From contig OZ251459.1 in the NCBI GenBank assembly GCA_965242525.1, positions 128,001 through 192,000 of the forward strand: DNA of 64,000 nt. The letters are read 5' to 3'. Below, one piece after another: positions 30,908 through 40,318 of this stretch; the first letter of the stretch is position 1; each line of letters opens with the position of its first letter. The stretch comes from an uncultured Candidatus Binatia bacterium (GTDB lineage Bacteria; Desulfobacterota; Binatia; UBA9968; JAJDTQ01). The position numbers were made by a program, and so were the translations under genes. The notes beneath the pieces were generated by a model. That model did not search any database, was not told the DNA's origin, and worked only from the letters and a program-made list of their open reading frames with translations.

Positions 30908-31912
30908 ATGGAGACGAACCCCAAAGGGACCCGGCGCATCGTGGGAAACGCGGCGCAGCGTCGGCGGCGCATGATCGCCTTCGGCTGGTACGGCGGCAAG
31001 TTCAGCCACCTGGACTTCATCCTGCCCAACCTGCCGGAAGATGCACGGCATTTCTGCGACGTGTTCGGCGGTTCGGCCGCGGTCATCATCAACCGGAAGC
31101 CGGCGCCGGCGGAGACCTACAACGACCTCGACGGGGAACTGGTCAACTTCTTCGCTACCCTGCGCGACGCAAGGACGAGCGATCCGTTGATCAAGGCCAT
31201 CGCGCTTACGCCGTTTTCGCGCGAGGAACTGGTCCGGGCCTGTGAGCCGCCCGACGGCGTCGAGCCGGTGGAGCGGGCGCGTCGTTTCTTCGTGCGCGCG
31301 CGCCAGACGCGCACCGGTTTGGCCCAGACCTCTTCGGAAGGTCGTTGGGCGCACTGCGTGCTGACCTCCCGGGCGGGGATGGCCGGCGCGGTGTCCCGCT
31401 GGCTCGGATCGGTGGAAGGACTGCCGGAAATCGTCCAGCGCCTGCAGCGGATCCAGATCGAGAACGCACCGGCGCTGGAAGTGGTCGAGCGCTACGACAC
31501 CCCCGAAACCCTCTTCTACCTCGACCCGCCCTACGTGCACGACGCACGCGGAGACGCGATCGCCTACGGAGCGGAAATGAGCGACGCCGACCACGCCGAC
31601 CTTGCCCGGTTGCTGCACCGGATCAAGGGACGAGCGGCGATCTCGGGCTACCGCACGCCCCTGTACGATCGACTGTTCGGAGATTGGCTGCGCGTGGACG
31701 CCGACCCCCGCCTGTGCCATTCGGTGCGGCAGCCGCGGCAGGAGTCGCTGTGGATGAACTACGAGGCCGGCCGACCTGTTGCCGACCCGGTTCGGCGCGT
31801 ACCCGGAGCCGTTCTTGGACGCCATCCGGGCCGCGGGGGACAGCCTGATTTGACCGCTACGGGGGCTCGTCCGACTGTCGCAACCCTTGTGCAGACGGCT
31901 CCAACCCGTTAA
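30908..31912 (+). CDS. Dam/D12-family DNA adenine methyltransferase with a read-through tail
   Basis: WYGGK, DVFGGSAAV, YNDLD, YLDPPY, ISGY, ESLWMNY; the last 49 aa run through the nuoN-like duplication. Start could be 30896, 30908 or 30971. Confidence 0.9.
   Translation: METNPKGTRRIVGNAAQRRRRMIAFGWYGGKFSHLDFILPNLPEDARHFCDVFGGSAAVIINRKPAPAETYNDLDGELVNFFATLRDARTSDPLIKAIALTPFSREELVRACEPPDGVEPVERARRFFVRARQTRTGLAQTSSEGRWAHCVLTSRAGMAGAVSRWLGSVEGLPEIVQRLQRIQIENAPALEVVERYDTPETLFYLDPPYVHDARGDAIAYGAEMSDADHADLARLLHRIKGRAAISGYRTPLYDRLFGDWLRVDADPRLCHSVRQPRQESLWMNYEAGRPVADPVRRVPGAVLGRHPGRGGQPDLTATGARPTVATLVQTAPTR
31789..31853 (+). repeat. degenerate direct repeat of the nuoN 3' end (30813-30877)
   Basis: 55/65 identical, ungapped, and includes the TGA stop position. 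Confidence 0.9.
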
Positions 31913-31985
31913 GCAGGGAACTTGACGCATCGACCTCACAGGACCCCTTGGTAGGCGATTCCTTCGCCGGAGAAGGGACGACTCC

Positions 31986-34900
31986 GTGAACCAAACCATC
32001 GAAGACCTGATCGAAGACCATGCCATGCTCATGGCCGAGCAGATGCATGAGGCCGCGAAATGGGCCGGCTCGGAGGAGGACGTGCGCCATGCGTGCAACA
32101 CGCTCATCGACGACTTCATCAAAAAAGCGGGGCTGACCGTCAAAGGTCGGCATGAATACGGCTTGGCTGGTGGGCGCATCGACTCGAAATACGGCGGCGT
32201 GGTCATCGAATACAAGCATCCCAAGGGCGCTGGCCGGATCACCGAGAACAAGGACGCGCCAGGCGTCAGGGCTGTGGTCGAGCAGGTCAGGAAGCGGTTC
32301 CGGGACTTGCAGGCGGAAGAGCACGTCGGCATGGAGCGAATCCTCGGCGTCGGGTGCGACGGCGATACGCTCGTGTTCGTGCGGAAACACGGGAGCACGC
32401 TCGACGCCGAAGACCCGACGCCGGTCACGCCGCAGGCGGTCCAGCGCCTGCTACGCGCTATCGTCTCGCTGGGAGCGCGGGGGCTGTCGTTCACGCCCGA
32501 GAATCTGACCGTCCACTTCGGCGCGGAGGGCCAGAGTGCGCAACAGGGCATCCGCCTCATACACGACCTGATCCGCACGACCGACAGTCCCAAGGCCCGG
32601 ACGTTTTTCCGCCAGTGGCAGATCCTCTTCGGCGAGGTCTGCGGTTACGACATCCACGGCCGAAACGACAAAGTCCGCAAACTGGCCGACCATTACCAAG
32701 CGCCCGACCCGCACCCGGCCGAACTCCTGTTCGCCGTCCACAGCTATTACGCCCTTTTCATGAAAATGCTGGCCGCGGAGATCGTCGCGTCCTTTTCGCC
32801 ACTAGGCACTTCGACGCTGAAGAAACTCGTCTCTGCGCCCACGTCGGCCAAATTACGGGACGAACTCCGCAATCTCGAACAGGGCGGCATCTGGTCGCAA
32901 CTCGGTATCCGCAACTTTCTCGAAGGCGACCTGTTCTCCTGGTATCTCGACTCCTGGAACGAGGGCTGCGCGGAAGCCGTCAGGGCCATGACAGCCTCCT
33001 TCGACAGATTCGACCCGACCACTCTCAGCGTCGATCCCGCGGAGTCCCGCGACCTGCTCAAGCAGCTCTACCAGCAACTTTTTCCCAAGTCGGTGCGCCA
33101 CGACCTGGGCGAATACTACACGCCCGACTGGCTGGCCGAACTGGTGCTCGACGAACTCGGCTACGACGGCAACCCGGACAAACGGCTGCTGGACCCGGCC
33201 TGCGGCTCGGGCACCTTCCTGGTCATGGCGCTGAACCGGGTCCAGACCTGGTACGACGCGCACCGCCACGAGTGCGGCTTCGGGGAAGACGAACTATTGC
33301 GCAAAATCCTGCGCAACGTCATCGGCTTCGACTTGAACCCGCTGGCCGTCATGGCCGCCCGGACCAACTATCTGCTGGCTGTTCGCGAACTGCTGCGCCA
33401 CGCGGATAACGTCGAGTTGCCCGTCTATCTTTGCGACTCCATCATGACGCCTTCGGAGTACGGCGACATGTTCACCGGGGGCGCCAGTAACGCACGCCAA
33501 CTCAAGACCAGCGCCGGCGATTTCAACATCCCCACGGAAGTTACCGAAAACCGTGAACATATAGGGCGCTACGCCGATACGCTCGAAGCCTGTATCCGCA
33601 ACGGCTATTCACCCGACGAGTTCCTCGAACGGTGCGCCGCGGAGGCCATCCCTGCAACGCAAGGCCAACTGCATCAAGACCTCTACCGCCATCTCCAACG
33701 ACTTGCCGCGGACAACGAGAACGGCATCTGGGCGCGCATCATCAAAAACGCCTTCGCGCCACTGTTCATCGGCGCCGTGGACTACGTGGCCGGCAATCCG
33801 CCGTGGGTAAATTGGGAGCACCTGCCGGAAGGCTACCGCGACGGCATGAAACCGCTCTGGGACAGGTACGAACTCTTTACGCTTTCCGGGTCCGCCGGCC
33901 GCTTGGGCGGCGGCAAGAAGGACATCTCGATGTTGTTCACGTATTCCGCTGTGGACAACTACCTGTCCGAAGGCGGACGGCTCGGATTCGTCATCACGCA
34001 AAGCGTGTTCAAGACCTCGGGGGCAGGTGACGGATTCAGGCGATTGCGCTACAGGCGGAACGACACCGAAACGACCTGGTTGAAACCGCTCATGGTCCAC
34101 GACCTGAGCGCAATGCAGGTCTTCGAAGGCGCGGTCAACCGCACCGCGGTTTTCGTCTGCGAAAAGACGCCGCAGCCTTTCCGGTATCCCGTGCCATACA
34201 CGATGTGGACCGGGGCCGGTCGCATGGCTCAAAGTGAGTCGCTGTCGGATGTCCTCGAGGGGAGCAGACGAGTGCAAATCGAGGCCATCCCGGTCGTTGG
34301 CGCGAAAAATTCTTCCCCGTGGCTCACGGTCCCGCAACGCGCCCTGTCCGGCATTCGGAAAGTGATCGGCGCCAGCGGCTACCGGGCGTATGCGGGCTGC
34401 TGTACGTGGTTGAACGGCGTGTACTGGATCAACGTCGTCAAAACCCTGCCCACCGGCGAACTGCTGATCGAAAACCTTTCGGAAGTGGGGAAAGTCAAGA
34501 TCAAGCACGTACAAGCTGTGGTCGAACCGGACCTGGTCTATCCGTTGCTGCGTGGAAGAGACGTTCGACGCTGGCAGGCTGAACCTTCATCGCACATTAT
34601 TTTGGCCCAGGACCCGAAAATGCGAAAAGGCATCCCCGAAGCCGAAATGAAGCGCCGCTGGCCGAAGACATATGCCTACCTCAAGCAGTTCGAGGGCAGT
34701 TCCGAAGGACCTGAACGCGGGACGTTACGAGGGCGTTCCGGTTACCGGCGGTATTTCAACCCTGACGACGATCCATTCTACTCCATGTACAACGTTGGGC
34801 CTTATACGATGGCGAAATGGAAAGTTGTGTGGAGAGAACAGAGTTCCCTATTCCAGGCTGCCCTTGCCGGATCGAGTGCACGACGGGCCACGTTGCCCGA

Positions 34901-35246
34901 CCACAAGCTCATGCTGGTATCCTGCAAAAGCCAACAGGAAGCGAATTTTCTCATTGGAATGCTGAATTCCGCTCCAAGCCTCTTGGCAATTTACTCTTAC
35001 GTCATTTCAACTTCGACCTCGACACATGTTCTCGGCAATGTGTCCGTCCCCCAGTTCGACAAGGCCGACGCCGCTCACACTCGGCTGGCTGAACTCTCAC
35101 GCCAATGCCACGTTGCGGCAAGAAAAACCGGCGCGCAGGAGTTGAAGGAATTGGAGTCTGCAATCGATGAGGCGGGAGCCGGAATCTGGGGCATTACGAC
35201 GCCCGAACTGAAGGCGATTCAGGAGGCCTTGGCCGATGCGAAATGA
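31986..35246 (+). CDS. Type IIG restriction-modification enzyme (REase-N6-MTase-TRD)
   Basis: RIDS...IEYK nuclease motif, LGEYYTPDW, LDPACGSGTFL, NPPW, C-terminal TRD. Confidence 0.88.
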   Translation: MNQTIEDLIEDHAMLMAEQMHEAAKWAGSEEDVRHACNTLIDDFIKKAGLTVKGRHEYGLAGGRIDSKYGGVVIEYKHPKGAGRITENKDAPGVRAVVEQVRKRFRDLQAEEHVGMERILGVGCDGDTLVFVRKHGSTLDAEDPTPVTPQAVQRLLRAIVSLGARGLSFTPENLTVHFGAEGQSAQQGIRLIHDLIRTTDSPKARTFFRQWQILFGEVCGYDIHGRNDKVRKLADHYQAPDPHPAELLFAVHSYYALFMKMLAAEIVASFSPLGTSTLKKLVSAPTSAKLRDELRNLEQGGIWSQLGIRNFLEGDLFSWYLDSWNEGCAEAVRAMTASFDRFDPTTLSVDPAESRDLLKQLYQQLFPKSVRHDLGEYYTPDWLAELVLDELGYDGNPDKRLLDPACGSGTFLVMALNRVQTWYDAHRHECGFGEDELLRKILRNVIGFDLNPLAVMAARTNYLLAVRELLRHADNVELPVYLCDSIMTPSEYGDMFTGGASNARQLKTSAGDFNIPTEVTENREHIGRYADTLEACIRNGYSPDEFLERCAAEAIPATQGQLHQDLYRHLQRLAADNENGIWARIIKNAFAPLFIGAVDYVAGNPPWVNWEHLPEGYRDGMKPLWDRYELFTLSGSAGRLGGGKKDISMLFTYSAVDNYLSEGGRLGFVITQSVFKTSGAGDGFRRLRYRRNDTETTWLKPLMVHDLSAMQVFEGAVNRTAVFVCEKTPQPFRYPVPYTMWTGAGRMAQSESLSDVLEGSRRVQIEAIPVVGAKNSSPWLTVPQRALSGIRKVIGASGYRAYAGCCTWLNGVYWINVVKTLPTGELLIENLSEVGKVKIKHVQAVVEPDLVYPLLRGRDVRRWQAEPSSHIILAQDPKMRKGIPEAEMKRRWPKTYAYLKQFEGSSEGPERGTLRGRSGYRRYFNPDDDPFYSMYNVGPYTMAKWKVVWREQSSLFQAALAGSSARRATLPDHKLMLVSCKSQQEANFLIGMLNSAPSLLAIYSYVISTSTSTHVLGNVSVPQFDKADAAHTRLAELSRQCHVAARKTGAQELKELESAIDEAGAGIWGITTPELKAIQEALADAK

Positions 35247-35300
35247 CGGCTATGGAAGTCGGTCGGATCTCCGAGGACATGGGGCAGGGGGGCGAGGATC

Positions 35301-37052
35301 ATGGCGCAGGCTCCAGTGAACGAGACGAGGTCCACCACCGCCGAAGACACCCTGGCGGCCAAGAGCCGGGACCGGAGCGTGGTCTCCGGCGGCCATCTGG
35401 TGGCGTCGGCGCTCAGGAACGAGGGCGTCGATACCATATTCACGCTGTGCGGCGGCCATATCATCGACATCTACGACGGCTGCATCGACCACGGCATCCG
35501 GGTGGTGGACGTGCGCCACGAGCAGGTGGCGGCCCATGCTGCGGACGGCTACGCCCGGCAGACGGGCCGGCTGGGCTGCGTGGTGACCACCGCGGGGCCC
35601 GGCTTCACCAACGCGTTGACCGGCATCGCCACCGCGTTCCGTTCCGAGAGCCCGGTGCTCCACATCGGCGGGCAGGGCGCCCTCACCCAGCACAAGATGG
35701 GTTCGCTGCAGGACCTGCCGCACGTGGACATCGCCGCGCCCATCACCAAGTTCTCGGCCGGAGTGCGCTCCACCGAGCGCATTGCCGACATGGTGACCAT
35801 GGCCGCGCGCGAATGCTTTGCGGGGGCTCCGGGTCCCAGCTACCTGGAGATCCCCCGGGACGTGCTCGACCGGGAGGCGCCGGTGGAGAAGGTCGTGGCG
35901 CCGCAACCCGGAGGTTACCGGGCGTCCACCAAGTCCATCGGGGACCCCGCGGACGTGGAACGGCTGGCGGAGCTCCTGGTCCGATCCGAGCGTCCCGCGG
36001 TCCTGCTCGGCAGCCAGGTGTGGACCTGCCGGGGACACGAGGCGGCCGCGGCCCTGTTCAAGTCCCTCAACGCGCCCTGCTACATGAACGGGGCGGCCCG
36101 GGGCATCCTGCCGCCCGGCGACCCACACTACTTCAACCGCACCCGGGCCGACGCCTTCCACGAGGCCGACGTCATCGTGGTGGTGGGCACGCCGTTCGAC
36201 TTCCGCATGGGCTACGGCCGGCGGCTGCGCGCCGAAGCGGCCGTGGTCCACATCGACATGGACTACCGCACGGTGGCCAGGAACCGCGACGTCTCCCTGG
36301 GGCTGGTGGGCGACCCCGGCGCCGTGCTGAAGGCGGTGCACGACGCAGTGGAGGAACGCAAGGACAACGGCGCCGGCGCCCGGACCGGGTGGCTCGAGCG
36401 TCTCCGGGACCTGGAGGAGGAGAGGCTGCGGAAGCTCATGCCGCTGTTCCGCTCCGACGCCAACCCCATCCATCCCTACCGGGTGGCCTGGGAGCTCAAC
36501 CGGTTCCTCACCGAGGACACCATCTACATCGGCGACGGCGGCGACGTGGTGACCATCAGCGCCCAGGCGGTGGAGCCTCGTGCCCCCGGCAACTGGATGG
36601 ACCCGGGGGCGCTGGGGTCGTTGGGGGTGGGCACCGGGTTCGCGCTGGCCTCGAAGCTGGCGCACCCGGAAAAGGAAGTGCTGTGCTACTATGGGGACGG
36701 CTCCTTCGGCATGACCGCCTTCGACATGGAGACCGCCAACCGGTTCGGCGCCCCCTACATCGCGGTCATCGGCAACAACTCCGCCATGAACCAGATCCGC
36801 TACGGCCAGCTCTCCAAGTACGGCGAGGAACGCGGCAACGTGGGGAACCTCCTGGGGGACGTGCCCTTCTCGAAGTTCGCCGAGATGCTGGGCGGGTACG
36901 GCGAGGAGGTCACCGACTGCAACGAGGTCGCGCCGGCGCTGGGCCGTGCGCGGCAGGCGGTGCGGACTTCCGGCAAGTCCGCGGTGGTCAACGTCTGGGT
37001 GGACGCGGGGGAATGGGCCCCCGGCACCAAACGGCAGACCATGTACCGGTGA
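35301..37052 (+). CDS. ThDP-dependent enzyme, probable oxalyl-CoA decarboxylase / 2-hydroxyacyl-CoA lyase-like
   Basis: VRHEQ, TAGPG, GDGSFG...NN ThDP motif; function inferred from the adjacent frc. Confidence 0.75.
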   Translation: MAQAPVNETRSTTAEDTLAAKSRDRSVVSGGHLVASALRNEGVDTIFTLCGGHIIDIYDGCIDHGIRVVDVRHEQVAAHAADGYARQTGRLGCVVTTAGPGFTNALTGIATAFRSESPVLHIGGQGALTQHKMGSLQDLPHVDIAAPITKFSAGVRSTERIADMVTMAARECFAGAPGPSYLEIPRDVLDREAPVEKVVAPQPGGYRASTKSIGDPADVERLAELLVRSERPAVLLGSQVWTCRGHEAAAALFKSLNAPCYMNGAARGILPPGDPHYFNRTRADAFHEADVIVVVGTPFDFRMGYGRRLRAEAAVVHIDMDYRTVARNRDVSLGLVGDPGAVLKAVHDAVEERKDNGAGARTGWLERLRDLEEERLRKLMPLFRSDANPIHPYRVAWELNRFLTEDTIYIGDGGDVVTISAQAVEPRAPGNWMDPGALGSLGVGTGFALASKLAHPEKEVLCYYGDGSFGMTAFDMETANRFGAPYIAVIGNNSAMNQIRYGQLSKYGEERGNVGNLLGDVPFSKFAEMLGGYGEEVTDCNEVAPALGRARQAVRTSGKSAVVNVWVDAGEWAPGTKRQTMYR

Positions 37053-37072
37053 CCCGCGGACCAGGGAACGTC

Positions 37073-38353
37073 ATGGACAAGGCACTCTCCGGCATTCGCA
37101 TCCTGGACATGACCCACGTGCAGGCAGGCCCCACCTCCAGCCAGCTCATGGCCTTCCTGGGAGCGGACGTCATCAAGCTCGAATCCCCCGCGGGGGACGC
37201 CACGCGCCGGCAACTCCGGGACATGCCGGACGCGGACAGCCTCTACTTCACCATGCTGAACTGCAACAAGCGGTCCATCACTGTGAACCTGAAGAACGCC
37301 CGAGGCAAGGAGGTCTTCACCCGGCTGGTGCAGGCGTGCGACGTGCTGCTGGAGAACTTCGGCCCCGGCGTGCTGGAGCGGCTCGGTTTCGGCTGGGAGA
37401 AGGTGCACGAACTGAACCCCCGGCTGGTCATGGGCTCCATCAAGGGCTTCGGCAGCGAGGGGCCCTACGCCTCGTTCAAGGCCTACGAGAACGTGGCCCA
37501 GGCCATGGGCGGGGCCATGAGCACCACCGGGCTGTTCGACGGCCCTCCGGTGGCCACCGGCGCGCAGATCGGCGACTCGGGCACCGGCGTGCACCTGCTG
37601 GCGGGCATATTGGCGGCGCTGCTCCAGCGGGAGCGCACGGGACGCGGCCAGTACGTGGAATGCGCCATGATGGACTGCGTCATGAACCTCTGCCGCGTCA
37701 AGTGGCGGGACCACCAGCGCCTCGACCGCGGCCCGCTGGCAGAGTACTCGGTGCAGGAGTTCGAGGACTTCACGCCCCGGGCGGGCAACGACTCCGGCGG
37801 CGGGCAGCTCGGCAACGCGGTGCCGTGCAAGCCCGGCGGCGCCAACGACTACCTCTACGTGGTGGTCCAGGAGCACGTGTGGAACGCCCTGGCCGCCCGC
37901 ATCGGCGGCGGTTCGCTGGCCGCGGACCCGCGCTTCGCCGACATCGACGCCCGGCGCGCCAACCAGGCGGAGATGTGGCGCCTGCTGGCGGACTTCGCCC
38001 GGGACTACACCAAGTGGGAGCTCATGGAGATCCTCAACGAGCTCGACGTTCCCTGCGGCCCGGTCATGAGCACCGCGGACCTGGCCGACGACGAGCACGT
38101 CCAACTCCGGGAGATGATGGTGGAAGTGGATCATCCCGAACGCGGCCCGTGGCGCAACGTGGGCTGCCCCATCAAGCTCTCGGACTCCCCCGTGGAGGTC
38201 CGCCCCTCCCCCCTGCTGGGCGAGCACACCGACGAGGTCCTGCGCGAGGTCCTGGGCTACGGCGCTGAAGAGGTCGCCCGGCTCCGGCAGGAGGGGGCGT
38301 TCACGCGGGAGCCGCCGGCTCAGTCCGGCAACGTGAAGAAAGGTAAGTCTTGA
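37073..38353 (+). CDS. frc: formyl-CoA transferase (family III CoA-transferase)
   Basis: THVQAGP, DSLYFTMLNCNKRS, KAYENVAQ, AQIGDSGTG (catalytic Asp), PRAGNDSGGGQ glycine loop. Confidence 0.92.
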   Translation: MDKALSGIRILDMTHVQAGPTSSQLMAFLGADVIKLESPAGDATRRQLRDMPDADSLYFTMLNCNKRSITVNLKNARGKEVFTRLVQACDVLLENFGPGVLERLGFGWEKVHELNPRLVMGSIKGFGSEGPYASFKAYENVAQAMGGAMSTTGLFDGPPVATGAQIGDSGTGVHLLAGILAALLQRERTGRGQYVECAMMDCVMNLCRVKWRDHQRLDRGPLAEYSVQEFEDFTPRAGNDSGGGQLGNAVPCKPGGANDYLYVVVQEHVWNALAARIGGGSLAADPRFADIDARRANQAEMWRLLADFARDYTKWELMEILNELDVPCGPVMSTADLADDEHVQLREMMVEVDHPERGPWRNVGCPIKLSDSPVEVRPSPLLGEHTDEVLREVLGYGAEEVARLRQEGAFTREPPAQSGNVKKGKS

Positions 38354-39114
38354 TGGCCAAGTGCAGACTGGCCGATTGGCAGGCGGAGAGTCTGCGGCTC
38401 TCCGCTTTCTTGGCCGAAGCGATGGACCCGACGAAGATGCGCTTCTGGGAGTCCCTGGTCGGGAGCCCGCCGGAAGAGCTGCGCAACCGGCCGCAACAGC
38501 AGTTGTTCACCGAGGAAGGTCCCTTCCTCGATGGGCGGCTTCGTGTCCAGGCGAGCAACAATCGAATAGACTGGATGTTGTTCCCGGCCCTCGACAATCC
38601 TCGTTCCGAACTGCCTGTAGTCGGGCCGTATGACGTTCTGGATCAGGGTTTCCGGGAATTGATGCGAAGATGGATCGTTGATTGTCCGCCTGTCAACAGG
38701 CTTGGATATGGCGGCGTGTTGCTGCTGCCGGTCGGAAGTTTGCCGGATGCACACGGAAGACTCGACGGGTTGCTCCCGGCGGTTGAGATCGACCCCGGGA
38801 ATACGCGGGATTTCATGTATCGAATCAACAGGAGACGTGTTTCACGCTGTTCCATTGAGGGACTGGAAGTCAATCGCCTGTCAACGTGGTCTGTGGTTCA
38901 GGTCATCGAAACCCTCGTCGAGTTGTCCGCAGACGGCCAGCAAACGCCGAAAGTGACCCACCAGCCGGGATCGAGGAGCATTTGCAGACTGGAGATCGAC
39001 ATCAACACCGCCCCGGAATTCAGCCGGGTACTCGACAGGGATGCCGTACCCGAAGTCTTCGAGGAGCTTGTCGATATCGGCAATGAAATCGCTATGGAAG
39101 GAGACGTTCGATGA
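38353..39114 (+). CDS. hypothetical protein, cassette gene A (253 aa; possibly TIGR04255-like)
   Basis: ATG overlaps the frc TGA; atypical A/T-richer codons; alpha/beta pattern ending RLEIDINT. Family resemblance is from memory only. Confidence 0.7.
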   Translation: MAKCRLADWQAESLRLSAFLAEAMDPTKMRFWESLVGSPPEELRNRPQQQLFTEEGPFLDGRLRVQASNNRIDWMLFPALDNPRSELPVVGPYDVLDQGFRELMRRWIVDCPPVNRLGYGGVLLLPVGSLPDAHGRLDGLLPAVEIDPGNTRDFMYRINRRRVSRCSIEGLEVNRLSTWSVVQVIETLVELSADGQQTPKVTHQPGSRSICRLEIDINTAPEFSRVLDRDAVPEVFEELVDIGNEIAMEGDVR

Positions 39115-39797
39115 ATGGCGAAGTCGTTTCGACGGAAACCGCCTCTGCACTGCGGAATACGTTCGGTGAACTTGCCACAGGCATGGAATCAGCGTCTCTG
39201 GTGTGGCTTGTGCCAGGTGACGCCACCGAAGACTTGCGGCGGTGGAGTAGTAGGGCGTTTCGAGATCCAACCGGGAACATCATACGGCTTGCCAATGCCC
39301 GGCCGTTGGAGGAGATTGCGGGTGTTGTGGACGGTTGCGCCACCGTCAACAAGAGCACGCCGGTTGCTTCCATCCCTCGCCAAGTGGGAGAGCAATTGAA
39401 CCGCTTGTGTCTGGCCGCTCATGACGAGCAGTTCGAAGCCGGCGTCGAGAGCCGGTTTTCCAGAGGTCTCCAACAACTATTCGCATATGATCCAGCATCG
39501 GTGTTGCAAGCTCTGAGGGTGCGATTGACGAATAACGACGCAAGCTCGGAGGTGTTGGCCGAAATATTGCAGTGGACTTCGCGTCAGGAGGCGGACGCCA
39601 TACGCGCCCTTGTCGTCGATCTGCTGTCAACGGGACTCCATCACACGGCGTCGTTGGTGCGGGACGCGGCAGCGTCAGGGCTGGCCTATCTGGATGAAGG
39701 CGCAGCCATTTCCCACCTCCGGCAAGCCCTCGCAAGAGAGAAGGTGCCCGAGCTTCGGCAGGATTTGGAGGATCTCATCTGCTCGTTGGAGTCCTGA
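39111..39797 (+). CDS. hypothetical protein, cassette gene B, C-terminal HEAT-like repeat
   Basis: GGAG RBS, ATGA overlap with gene A; LVRDAAASGLAYL...AISHLRQALAREKVPELR. Confidence 0.7.
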   Translation: MNGEVVSTETASALRNTFGELATGMESASLVWLVPGDATEDLRRWSSRAFRDPTGNIIRLANARPLEEIAGVVDGCATVNKSTPVASIPRQVGEQLNRLCLAAHDEQFEAGVESRFSRGLQQLFAYDPASVLQALRVRLTNNDASSEVLAEILQWTSRQEADAIRALVVDLLSTGLHHTASLVRDAAASGLAYLDEGAAISHLRQALAREKVPELRQDLEDLICSLES

Positions 39798-39802
39798 AGC
39801 TC

Positions 39803-40303
39803 GTGTCGGCGCTCTTCCGAAAGCTGAGCCAGAAACGGCATTGGGATGCCGAGTCCTGGCTTGAGCCGGGAGACCTCCAGGCGGATGCGACCAAATGTCT
39901 GGCGACGAGTGAGAACAAGCTGTCCGTCTTCGTGTTGGAGGAACCTGACGAACAGGTGGAAAGAGTCGTCGCCGCGTTGGCCGTTACTCGAGACAGCTTG
40001 GCGCATCTTGATATGGCCCTTGCCCCTGAAGAGATCCTTGCGCGATGTGGGATTCGACGGGACGGAGTTCCAGGACAGACGGCTGATTTCAAGGTCAACG
40101 AATGGCATCAGGATCTCGTTGAGTTGACGGTTATGAAAATCGCGCGATTCGCTGCCGCCATAAGAAGCGGCGGAGAGATCAGGCGCTATAATTGGAAGAA
40201 AGTGGGAGCGGCAATCCGGCAGTCCTTGAACGCCGGCTACATCGGCCCTGAACACATCAATGGGAAACTGTTCCAGTCGCTGAGAAGGCGAGGGATCCTC
40301 TAG
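39803..40303 (+). CDS. hypothetical protein, cassette gene C (166 aa), possible ADP-ribosyltransferase-like fold
   Basis: GGAG RBS plus GTG; LFRKL...ADA..CL.TSENKLSVF...PGQT...HQDL pattern (N-terminal Arg strand, LS strand, late His). The fold is an inference. Confidence 0.6.
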   Translation: MSALFRKLSQKRHWDAESWLEPGDLQADATKCLATSENKLSVFVLEEPDEQVERVVAALAVTRDSLAHLDMALAPEEILARCGIRRDGVPGQTADFKVNEWHQDLVELTVMKIARFAAAIRSGGEIRRYNWKKVGAAIRQSLNAGYIGPEHINGKLFQSLRRRGIL

Positions 40304-40318
40304 GGGAGGTCACATAAG

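Noticed and set aside
31851-35275. Possible direct repeat flanking the second Type IIG gene (TGACCGCTACGG versus TGACGGCTATGG)
   Set aside because: Only about two-thirds identity over ~24 bp; not supportable.
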